The notes below the pieces were generated by a model. The model was not told the DNA's origin. It ran no database searches and saw nothing but the letters and a program-made list of their open reading frames with translations. A stretch of 31,978 bases of DNA from Bacteroidia bacterium (GTDB lineage: Bacteria > Bacteroidota > Bacteroidia > Chitinophagales > Saprospiraceae), in assembly GCA_030432855.1 (NCBI GenBank), contig JAUILM010000001.1, positions 1 to 31,978 of the forward strand, given 5' to 3'. The stretch's first letter is position 1. Each line of letters begins with the position of its first letter. Shown here piece after piece: positions 1 to 8,824 of this stretch. Position numbers and translations under genes: made by a program.

Positions 1-2
1 GA

Positions 3-3000
3 AAAGAAGAAAGGCTTGAGGATGCTGTCAATCGACTGCTGGTCAAGACCAACTTTACCTATGAATTGGTCAATGAGAAATTTCTGGTCGTCTATAGAAT
101 GGACAAAAAGGGTCAACGCAAGGCCAATAAAATCCGAAAGAAATTTAATCAGATTCACAATCTCGAGCGGGAAGGAAATCTAAGTATTCAAAGAACCAAT
201 AATAACCCAGAGATTAAGGCACTGACAATTTTGTCTTCGGTAAAGGAAGCCAAACGCAAGCGAGTAGGTCCCGGATCGATTAGGGGAAAAGTGGTCGATA
301 AGTCTTCGGGTGAGGAGCTTCTCTATGCAAATGTCCAATTAGAAGGAACAAGTATGGGTACTTCCACGGATGATGTAGGTGAATTTGTCATCCGTCAGGT
401 TCCGCCGGGAGATTACATTTTGATTGCCTCATACATCGGCTATCAGGAGCAGAAGGTACCTGTGACCGTATTATCCGATGAAACGGTCGAAGTCAATGTG
501 GAATTAGAATATGCAGCCCTCCTGGGCGAGGAAGTAATTGTCACAGCGCAGGCCTCTGGACAGATGAAAGCCATCAATGAGCAGCTTGCTTCTAATACCA
601 TTAAGAATGTAGTGTCAGCAGATCGTATACAAGATGTACCCGATGTTAATGCCGCAGAATCCGTGGCCCGGTTGCCAGGATTGTCATTGATCAGAAGCGG
701 TGGAGAAGGACAAAAAGTCGCTATTCGCGGGATTTCTCCACAGTACAATGTTACCATGGTAAATGGTGTGCGTATGCAGTCTACGGATCGTAATGATCGC
801 AGTGTTGACCTTAATATGATAGCACCGAATATTCTCAGTGGTATTGAGGTGACGAAAGCGTTGACTGCGGATATGGATGCTGATGCAGTAGGAGGTACCG
901 TCAACCTTAAAATTGGAGAGGCACAGGAAGGATTCCGGGGGAATTTTGGTGCGCAAAGAGGGTACGGCTCATTGGCAGATACGTATGATAATTATCGAGT
1001 GACTGGCTTTCTGAGCAACCGTTTTTTCAATAATAAATTAGGTGTACAGGTCTCGGGATACCTGGATAATTTCAATAGAAATTCTGATGTACTAAGTGCA
1101 GGTTATGCATTGAATGAAGAAGATATTCTGATCGATGGGTTCATACCCATTGACCTGGCAAGCGTGAGCATAAGTGATAGAGTAACCAACAGACAAAGAC
1201 TGGGTGGGGGATTGGTACTTGACTACCAACTACCAAATGGTTCGATTATCATGAACAATTTCGTGAGTAATTTATCGCAGGAGGAAGTTGAGCAGCAAAA
1301 CTCACTGGGATTAATCGGAAATCAATGGTCGGCATTTGCATCTGATAGAGAACTGAGTAATACGGTAATTAGTAATGCCTTGCAGGGTAAATTCGATTTT
1401 TCGTTCTTCTCTATGGATTTTTCTGTTTCGAATTCGATTTCAAAACAGTACAATCCGGGGGATTTAACCATGAATATCGGCATTGCACAAGCAGAGGCCG
1501 GCTTTACCACACCAACACTAGAAAATCCAACTGAAGTAACACCGAATCAGTTATTAAATTCTGCACAAATTATTCAGGCACAAAATGCAAAAAGAATTAC
1601 AAGGTTATACACTTTAGAGAGAGACGTGGTAGAGTCTGCTCAGGAGGCAGTCCTCAATTTCAATGTACCCTTTAGTCTTTCAAAAAAGGTTTCAGGTACT
1701 TTAAAACTTGGCGGTAAATATGTGCACAACAACAGAGATAATGACGAAACACAGCATTTTAGTCAACCGGACCGTACATTCCTGGGTGAGCAGTTTGTAC
1801 GCGTATTAAAGGATTCTTTATGGCCTGATCTGGGGTTGGAAAATCTGGATCAGAATCTGGGTATAAGGGCCTTTCTATTTGAAGATCCCGATTATGATAT
1901 AGGAGAATACCTGTCGGGAGAGGAAGGAGTTGATGATTTCTTCTATCTGGCAGATATCGCTAAAATGAAACGTTATGAAGAGTTAGCTGAAAATAGCGGC
2001 TATTATTCACTGGACGGAAGAGAATCAGCGCAGTATGATTATGATTATAAAAGAGATCTCTTTGCCTACTATACAATGGCTGAGTTAAACATTGGAGATT
2101 ATGTAACGCTCTACCCGGGTATACGTTTCGAGAAGTTTAAGTTCGATTATAGTTCATTTTCAACGGAACGATTTGGTCCAAATCCCGAAGATTTTAGAAA
2201 TGACCCAATTGAAGCTGATTTTTTAGAAGGGGAAAATTGGTTTCCTCAAATGCATGTACGAGTAAAGCCAACCGACTGGCTGGATATTCGAATGGCGAGT
2301 ACCAAGAGTATCATATATCCCGATTATCGGGCTATTTCACCCTATATCTATTATGACTCCTACAGTGGTCCTGCTTTAGACTTGGGAAATACATCGTTGG
2401 TGCCGTCAATATCTCAAAACTATGATATTTATGCTTCTATATTCCGTAATAAACTGGGGCTTTTTACCGCAGGATATTTCTATAAAGAATTAGACAATCT
2501 GATTGTACGTTCCAGCTTTAGAAGTAAAGATTCAGAATCTGTTAATAATCGGTTTCAACTTACACAGACCCAACAGACGGTCGTCAATACCTGGATTAAT
2601 CTGGATGCCAAGTCCACAGTGCGAGGCTTTGAGTTAGATTGGCAAACACACCTGTGGTTTTTGCCAAAATTCTTGAAAGGCATTGTGCTGAGTGTTAACT
2701 ACACACATATTAATTCCAAAACCGAATATCCGTTCCAGACATCAAAGAAGTTGGGATCAGGCCCCTTTGCACCGCTCGTATTTGTAGATTCTACCCGAAC
2801 CGGTAGGATGCCTAATCAGCCAGATGACGTATTTAATTTCACTGTGGGGTATGATGTGGGAGGATTTTCAGCTCGATTATCCTATCAATTTCAGGACAAT
2901 ATTTTGGTAGGTGTTAATAGAACATATGATGAATTAGATTCGTACACCGCGGCATATAAGCGGTGGGACTTTACGGCCTTTCAAAAGCTTCCCTGGCTTG

Positions 3001-3143
3001 ATGGACGTCTTCAATTATATTTTAATGCTAATAATATAACCAATAGGCCGGATCGGTCATTTACCAGTGAATTACAAAAGCTTTCGTCGGTCCAGTATTA
3101 TGGGCAGACATTCGATCTGGGGCTAAGGTATCGTTTTGACTAA
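3..3143 (+). CDS. TonB-dependent receptor/transducer, 5'-partial (STN-like remnant + carboxypeptidase-regulatory-like domain + plug + beta-barrel); non-SusC, TIGR01782-like
   Basis: Frame is open from base 3 (KEERLEDAVNRLLVKTNFTYELVNEKFLVVY, STN-like), so the real start lies upstream of the window. Then GSIRGKVVD..ANVQLEGT..G.F.I..VPPGDY.L.ASYIGY (CarboxypepD_reg-like), plug NAAESVARLPGLS..IRG..PQYN..NGVRM..IEVTKALTADMDADAVGGTVNL, and C-terminal YYGQTFDLGLRYRFD barrel signature. No SusC-type motifs seen. Confidence 0.93.
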   Translation, partial: KEERLEDAVNRLLVKTNFTYELVNEKFLVVYRMDKKGQRKANKIRKKFNQIHNLEREGNLSIQRTNNNPEIKALTILSSVKEAKRKRVGPGSIRGKVVDKSSGEELLYANVQLEGTSMGTSTDDVGEFVIRQVPPGDYILIASYIGYQEQKVPVTVLSDETVEVNVELEYAALLGEEVIVTAQASGQMKAINEQLASNTIKNVVSADRIQDVPDVNAAESVARLPGLSLIRSGGEGQKVAIRGISPQYNVTMVNGVRMQSTDRNDRSVDLNMIAPNILSGIEVTKALTADMDADAVGGTVNLKIGEAQEGFRGNFGAQRGYGSLADTYDNYRVTGFLSNRFFNNKLGVQVSGYLDNFNRNSDVLSAGYALNEEDILIDGFIPIDLASVSISDRVTNRQRLGGGLVLDYQLPNGSIIMNNFVSNLSQEEVEQQNSLGLIGNQWSAFASDRELSNTVISNALQGKFDFSFFSMDFSVSNSISKQYNPGDLTMNIGIAQAEAGFTTPTLENPTEVTPNQLLNSAQIIQAQNAKRITRLYTLERDVVESAQEAVLNFNVPFSLSKKVSGTLKLGGKYVHNNRDNDETQHFSQPDRTFLGEQFVRVLKDSLWPDLGLENLDQNLGIRAFLFEDPDYDIGEYLSGEEGVDDFFYLADIAKMKRYEELAENSGYYSLDGRESAQYDYDYKRDLFAYYTMAELNIGDYVTLYPGIRFEKFKFDYSSFSTERFGPNPEDFRNDPIEADFLEGENWFPQMHVRVKPTDWLDIRMASTKSIIYPDYRAISPYIYYDSYSGPALDLGNTSLVPSISQNYDIYASIFRNKLGLFTAGYFYKELDNLIVRSSFRSKDSESVNNRFQLTQTQQTVVNTWINLDAKSTVRGFELDWQTHLWFLPKFLKGIVLSVNYTHINSKTEYPFQTSKKLGSGPFAPLVFVDSTRTGRMPNQPDDVFNFTVGYDVGGFSARLSYQFQDNILVGVNRTYDELDSYTAAYKRWDFTAFQKLPWLDGRLQLYFNANNITNRPDRSFTSELQKLSSVQYYGQTFDLGLRYRFD

Positions 3144-3247
3144 TTTTTTTAATGAAAATACTTTGACTTTCTAGGGAACATACTTGGATTTTAATGCTGC
3201 TATTTATCCAAGAATCAAAATTTTAAATATTAACAAAAAGGACTATT

Positions 3248-4936
3248 ATGAAAAAAACATTTACCTTATTATTTGTATTTATTCTAGGACTGTGCTCGGT
3301 CTCTATGGGTCAAACACCTTTGGATCCGGGGCAGTTTGTGAATGCACAAATAACTGGCCCAGGTATCTACACCGTAGAGGCCGGTCAAGCGTACGCCTTT
3401 GATGGACGTATCGATTTGACTTTTGACGTGACCATTCTTGGACCCGATGCTGGCTGGATTATGGAGGCAACAAATCCACCGGTATTGGTAAATACACCAG
3501 CTGCTGATGGTGCTCCACGGGATTTTTTCGAAATTAAGGAAGGAGGATCTTTAACCTTGCAGAATGTGCTCTTTAGTGGAACACACAGTAATGGGGAAAT
3601 TACCGGAGTGTTTGCTGCTAATACAGGAGGAAGTAAATTGATAGCAGATAATTGTGTCTTCACGGACTTTAGAGACTTTGCACTTAGGAACCAGTTTAAG
3701 GGTGATTCCATAAGTATCACTAACTGTATTTTTATGAATGGTGTCCGAGTTGGATTTAATCCCTGGGGAGGTTTTCCATTACGTATGGATGTAGCCTGTG
3801 ACAATGTCCTATTAGAAAACAATTCTGTGGTCAACTCCGGGCGTTTGACAGGCAATAGTGGTCCATGGCACAATGCCAATATTCATGAGTTGCACAATAC
3901 CTACGTAAATCAAACAGTGGCAGGTCATGAGCAGCGGGCAAATGAGATGATTATAGCGAACAACATCTATTACAACTTCCACTTTATTGGTCGGAAAAAT
4001 GAGATGGCAGTATCTCCCAGTAACACCTATGATGCTTCCTTCACAACCTGGAATTATTTTGCTGACTCCAAAAATTCTCTCGATAGTATTTCCTTGTATT
4101 TAGGTCAAAACCTTTTTTTCCGACCGCAGGAAATCCTGGACTGGTTTACTACGAATGGTGGGGATACGCTGTCTCCCAGTAATCTGTGGGAACATCCAGA
4201 TGTAGATTCATTTATTGTTACCGATAATAACTATACGATCGGTGCCAATTATGCAGAGTTAGATCCTGAGTTTACCATGCATCCTGGCAACACATCTGCC
4301 ATTGCTGACTACTTGGTAGGTCATTGGTCTGGAGCTACAGACAGCCTCTGGGTGGATTGGCGTACCACGCCACCTGTGGCATTTGGTGGTGACGGACTAC
4401 CCGTACTTACCTGGCCACCCGCAGTGGATTTGAGTTATTCGAATACATTTTTGCAAACTGCAGGAACCGATGGATTACCTCTTGGTGACCTAAACTGGTT
4501 TCCGGCTATGAAAGAGCAGTATTTGGCCAATAAAGATACAATCATTGGCGCATTGAGAGATTCAATGGTAAATGCTCAAGTAGTTTACGATCCCACTACA
4601 ATGGATCAGACTCCATTGATTACAGAAGCGACAACTACGTCTGCTCGACAAGTGGTGCCAGGGCAATTGTATCTATCCAATTATCCAAATCCATTCCACG
4701 AAGTGACCACGATTGAATTTGGATTAAAGCAGCAGTCAAAAGTTACGCTGGGCGTATACAATTTATTTGGACAACAGGTCTATGAGCTAACTCAAGATAG
4801 ATTAGCTACCGGCCCTCACGCCTATAATTTTAATGGTTCAAATCTGGTGAATGGCATATATCTTATAAAGATTGACGCTATTGGAGCAGATGGTGTACAC
4901 TATGTAGATTCTAAGAAAATTATACTCTCTAAATAG
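3248..4936 (+). CDS. Secreted T9SS type A sorting-domain protein with predicted right-handed beta-helix (pectin-lyase-like fold)
   Basis: Signal peptide MKKTFTLLFVFILGLCSVSMG; Asn/Cys-rich repeats (LIADNCVF, ISITNCIF, VLLENNSV, IIANNIY); GLPLGDLNWFP motif; C-terminal SNYPNPF..TTIEFGL..VTLGVYNLFGQ..GIYLIKI..KKIILSK T9SS CTD (~4676-4936). Confidence 0.88.
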   Translation: MKKTFTLLFVFILGLCSVSMGQTPLDPGQFVNAQITGPGIYTVEAGQAYAFDGRIDLTFDVTILGPDAGWIMEATNPPVLVNTPAADGAPRDFFEIKEGGSLTLQNVLFSGTHSNGEITGVFAANTGGSKLIADNCVFTDFRDFALRNQFKGDSISITNCIFMNGVRVGFNPWGGFPLRMDVACDNVLLENNSVVNSGRLTGNSGPWHNANIHELHNTYVNQTVAGHEQRANEMIIANNIYYNFHFIGRKNEMAVSPSNTYDASFTTWNYFADSKNSLDSISLYLGQNLFFRPQEILDWFTTNGGDTLSPSNLWEHPDVDSFIVTDNNYTIGANYAELDPEFTMHPGNTSAIADYLVGHWSGATDSLWVDWRTTPPVAFGGDGLPVLTWPPAVDLSYSNTFLQTAGTDGLPLGDLNWFPAMKEQYLANKDTIIGALRDSMVNAQVVYDPTTMDQTPLITEATTTSARQVVPGQLYLSNYPNPFHEVTTIEFGLKQQSKVTLGVYNLFGQQVYELTQDRLATGPHAYNFNGSNLVNGIYLIKIDAIGADGVHYVDSKKIILSK

Positions 4937-4954
4937 GGAGTTTTTTCATATGTA

Positions 4955-5002
4955 CTTTATGAGTTTCTCCACATAATTAATAATGTGGAGAAACTTGTAA
5001 AG
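4955..5002 (+). terminator. Strong stem-loop, probable terminator/RNA-stabilising hairpin after the TBDR-T9SS pair
   Basis: ctttatgagtttctccacat (4955-4974) pairs with atgtggagaaacttgtaaag (4983-5002): 18 Watson-Crick + 2 G-U pairs, 8-nt loop, 18 nt after the stop codon. No clean U-tract. Confidence 0.6.
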
Positions 5003-5229
5003 TTGGTTAGGACTCTCCGACCTGCATGTAGCTAGATTTACACCATTACTGGGGCTGCTTGGGTCATTGCAAAATGCTATTAACTTCTGTACGGAGGAAT
5101 TTACTTGTTTTAGGGTTCTTGCAACAATGTATTACGCCATCCATCTGCGAGAGGTTCGTAAGAGTCAATGCTAAAAAATTGAGATGGTGTCCGAATTTAT
5201 TGTTTCTTCTAAAAGCTAGTCAACTTTCT

Positions 5230-5685
5230 ATGTCCAAAAAATTGAGTGTCAAACTTTTTCTGGCAGGATTGTGGTTACTATGCTACTTTCCCTATAAGGA
5301 AGCTTTACTAGTGGGAGAGGATGATAAGGTTTCATCTGTCCCAGGAGAAATCCGGCATTCTGAAAATGTTATGCTAATCGATCTGAGATGGCAATATTTG
5401 ACCATGCTAAGTGAAGAGGACATAAATATCTATTCCTCGATAAAATTTGATGAAGGCATTCCAGCGATCTCCCGGTTTAATGATGGCATAGCGAAACGTG
5501 ATGGGACATGGGATGATATCCTGAACGAGTATGATTGTCTTTATAAGATTTCAAAACTCCTAAGACCCCGAGACCAGGACAAGGAGTCGGAAATGGCTAT
5601 GGTAGTTCATTTCATTGAGTCTGAAGTCGAGTGGTCACAGACCTCCCATTTCACTACACCTTACTTCTGGTCACTCTCCAGATAA
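5230..5685 (+). CDS. Hypothetical protein (151 aa from ATG 5230), possibly a decayed gene fragment
   Basis: Signal-like N-terminus MSKKLSVKLFLAGLWLLC, no recognisable domain; no long competing ORF seen on the minus strand. ATG 5230 is more plausible than the TTG at 5059. Confidence 0.35.
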   Translation: MSKKLSVKLFLAGLWLLCYFPYKEALLVGEDDKVSSVPGEIRHSENVMLIDLRWQYLTMLSEEDINIYSSIKFDEGIPAISRFNDGIAKRDGTWDDILNEYDCLYKISKLLRPRDQDKESEMAMVVHFIESEVEWSQTSHFTTPYFWSLSR

Positions 5686-6035
5686 TTTGATGATTTGCTT
5701 GAACCAATATTAGAAGGTTGCCTTATTGGCTAAGGTCCTTTCGGATAGATCCAGCAATAGTATCCATCTATCAAAACAATACAACATACAATCGATTCTT
5801 TTGTCTATATGTTAATGTTGGATATTTAACACAAATGAAGTTGACCTACTAAAAGTAATTTAATACATTGCCTACGTAATTAAATGTTATGGAATTGACT
5901 GAGTCCTACCTTTCCGGAAACAGGACCAATTCTATTCTAGACTCACATCGCGAAGCAAGTCTATTAATCCTTCCTATTAGCGCACTAAGAACTATTTCAA
6001 TTTTTATTTAGTTCACTTTTAAAATTTCAAAAATC

Positions 6036-6581
6036 ATGAATTTAGTTTTGAGTTTTCTAATTATTATATCTCCCATATTATTTGGAAATGATATCATTGT
6101 ATCAGACCATGAATCCTACTTCGAGGATATGAAATTTCACGCAAATGTAGAGAAAGCGCTTTCGAATAAAGATCTCGCTGTAGAAGGAATGTATGAATTT
6201 GGTGCAGAAGTACTTGATTATATTCAAGCCAATAATAACGAGGATATTCCTTCTGCCGAGTATTTAGTTGATTACATTCAAGTTAACTTTCTATTGGATT
6301 TATCAAGCACTACTTGGATAGAAATCGATACTCCAAATGGATGTAGTGGTGAGGGGATATATTTCTTCTCCTGCGGGACAAGTGCCTACAAAAAAGCTTG
6401 TTGTACCATATACGGTGATTATGAGGTAGAGGTAAGTAATGAATTGTGCCCTTTTGGCAGTAGTAAAATAAGGACCTTTACATACAGCGGAGGCCTTGAT
6501 GTGGTAAACATTGGTGGTTGGATAAATTCCTCCTCTGGCGCTATCCATGCTTGGGCCCGAGAAGATGATTTTTGTGATTAA
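6036..6581 (+). CDS. Hypothetical secreted protein with acidic N-terminal half and 6-Cys C-terminal domain
   Basis: ATG after an A/T-rich leader; hydrophobic N-terminus MNLVLSFLIIISPILFG; 181 aa; Cys in GCS, SCG, ACC (2), LCP, FCD. Confidence 0.65.
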   Translation: MNLVLSFLIIISPILFGNDIIVSDHESYFEDMKFHANVEKALSNKDLAVEGMYEFGAEVLDYIQANNNEDIPSAEYLVDYIQVNFLLDLSSTTWIEIDTPNGCSGEGIYFFSCGTSAYKKACCTIYGDYEVEVSNELCPFGSSKIRTFTYSGGLDVVNIGGWINSSSGAIHAWAREDDFCD

Positions 6582-7020
6582 AGTTAGATAGTTGCTACTG
6601 TGGAATAACAGTACAGTCTATAAATTAAGGGATGGGCTAAGTATTGATGATGATACCTAGCCTATTCTATTCTTGGATTGGCTTTGGTGTATTTTCTGAT
6701 GGAATGTAAGAGATAAAGTTGATAATTTCATATGGCGGATTGTCGTATCCTGCGTAGCATAGGGGCTCATCTTGTCCGGGAGAAAGAAGATTGATCCACA
6801 CGCACAAAAAAGGAAAGGTCTTAGTACTGATATAAAGATCCATCGGTCATTGGAAAATTCCACCTAACCATAAAAAGCGTTTCCCTTCAGAAATAGTTTG
6901 GCAGTGATATAGCGCAAGTCTATGAGAATTATCTGGTTGACCTGATGTATTCCGATTCAATATTGCAATACTGTTTAATTTTTCGATACTCAGTAAAACA
7001 CTCCCTTTCATCATATTCTG

Positions 7021-7679
7021 ATACAGGCAAAAATTGTTGATCTTTATCATCAACTAGAAACAGATGCTACTCTTGACCCCTGGTAAGGTTACGAAGCCAA
7101 TATGCTGTATTGGAAGAACATTGGATAAATCAGTGAATCTGCCTCTGCAATCTTTCTACCCATTGATACCCACTTATTATCCCAATAGATGAGATCGTAC
7201 TCATCCCCAATACGAATATTATTATCGTCATTTCTTGGCTGGATGGCGAATGATTTAACAACTTTAGGCTCTAAAAATCGGCACACAATCTTAAGGTCTT
7301 CAGCAGCAACATAAGTAAGAGAGTCTTCATCAATAATAGCGTTGTACTTATCTCCTGTAATCTTCTCACCATCCACAAGTACATTGTAGGATGCATCAAT
7401 AACTCTCCCATTCTCATCTAGTGGTTGAAACGAAGGAAGATGAACAAGGTGGCCTTATATTTCAGGAGATACAAGCAGATAATTCAAAAATTCGCTTTCA
7501 TTATTTGTTGTAATAATTTTCCTTCTGGAATTTTCTAACTTGACTACCGAGAGAAGTTCAGCATCTGAGAAATCAGATTGATTCAATCCTCTGACTTTAC
7601 AACCATCCAGAGAATAGATCCACTCATGGATCCTCAATTGTTCCTCAAACAAATCTATAAGAAGAGCATTGGAGAGCAA
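7021..7679 (-). pseudogene. Decayed 3' fragment of a Bacteroidota transglutaminase-like/discoidin-domain protein
   Basis: ORF-track pieces 7455..7679 and 7089..7376 share a frame, separated by TAA at 7455-7457 (GLNQSDFSDAELL..VSPEI*GHLVHLPSFQPLDENG..DEDSLTY..PRNDDNNIRIGDEYDLIYWDNKWVSMGRKIA). After a frameshift near 7113-7125 it continues SNTAYWLRNLTRGQE*HLF (TAG 7067-7069). This matches the recalled family C-terminus PRND.N.I..GDEYELFYW..W.S.G..NVP.NA.YWLRNLTRG.EE. Confidence 0.7.
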
Positions 7680-7903
7680 AGCTGAAAGTGATTTCGAACG
7701 CAGTGGTCTGAAACTGATGTAGGAGCGGACCTAGCAGAAAGATATAGGTGAATTAAGCAGATAACATCCTATGAAAAATAGTGCAACACGCTATCGTTAA
7801 ATGAATAGTGTATTTTCATGCCCTGGATACGTGACGAGATAGTGGGTGAAACGGAGTGGCAACATTGGTGTCACCAGATACATGAATAGAGAGTTAGACC
7901 AAA

Positions 7904-8824
7904 ATGAAATCAATAAAAGAAGTTTTACTGTTATTCCTGATCCTGGGTGCTGTGTTTTCAGCATGTACTTCGGAGGACTCGATGTACTTTGACCAAAATG
8001 AAAAAGTGGTCTTTCTGGGGAATGCCTTTTTTGAGAATGCTATTGACAATGGAGAAATTGAAACAGCCTTGGCCATTAGGTTCCCTAAGAAAAACCTCAC
8101 CTTTCGCAATATTGGCTGGAGTGGGGACAATGTATATGCGCATGCACGCACCAGAGCTCGGGGAGGGGGACGATTTGGAGATCCGGAGAAAGGCTTTGAA
8201 ATTTTGACCCAACAGATCAGTGACTTAAAGCCAGATAAAATTTTTCTTGCCTACGGTTTCAATGAATCCTTTGATCAGGAAGCCGGAGTGGATACCTATA
8301 AAGATGGCCTGAAGCGACTCCTGCAGATGCTGGGTCAGTACAGCCCTGATTTGATCCTTATTTCAACAACTCCGATCGAAAAAGACTTCGGCATACCGGA
8401 AGAACATGTGGAAACTCGAAATAGGGAGCTTAAGAAATATGCAGAAGCTACCCGCGAGGTTGGTTTAGAGGGAAATTACCATTTCGTTGACCTATATACA
8501 TTTTTCAGCAAGGAGATCCAATACACAACGAACGGCATACATCTTTCAGTAGAAGCCTATCGAAAAGCAGCCGGGGTTATTGCACAATCATTAGGATTGC
8601 CCGCACCCACTGTAGCGATTGATTCCGAAGAGGCTGATCAGATCCGTAACACGATTATAAAAAAGAATACTCTTTTCTTTCATCGCTGGCGGCCACGCAA
8701 TGATGCGTTTGTATACGGAGAACGCAAAGATGAACAGCGGATTGCTCAGGAAGAACCTGCACAGATTGAACCATTTATAGCAAAACAGGAAGAGGCAATT
8801 TCATTATTATTAGAGGAACTATGA
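7904..8824 (+). CDS. SGNH/GDSL-fold lipoprotein (PVC-type), catalytic Ser apparently absent
   Basis: Lipobox AVFSA-C; block I VVFLGNAFFE, block II RNIGWSGDNV, block III LAYGFNES, block V TNGIHLS; C-terminal FFHRWRPRNDAFVYGERK typical of PVC-type SGNH domains; ATGA overlap with next gene. Confidence 0.82.
   Translation: MKSIKEVLLLFLILGAVFSACTSEDSMYFDQNEKVVFLGNAFFENAIDNGEIETALAIRFPKKNLTFRNIGWSGDNVYAHARTRARGGGRFGDPEKGFEILTQQISDLKPDKIFLAYGFNESFDQEAGVDTYKDGLKRLLQMLGQYSPDLILISTTPIEKDFGIPEEHVETRNRELKKYAEATREVGLEGNYHFVDLYTFFSKEIQYTTNGIHLSVEAYRKAAGVIAQSLGLPAPTVAIDSEEADQIRNTIIKKNTLFFHRWRPRNDAFVYGERKDEQRIAQEEPAQIEPFIAKQEEAISLLLEEL

Noticed and set aside
1-3143. Canonical SusC/SusD PUL
   Set aside because: Receptor lacks SusC signature motifs and the downstream gene is not a SusD lipoprotein.
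5230-5730. Possible N-terminal transglutaminase-like remnant (..WSLSR*FDDLLEPIL)
   Set aside because: Similarity too faint by eye and on the opposite strand from the recognisable C-terminal fragment.
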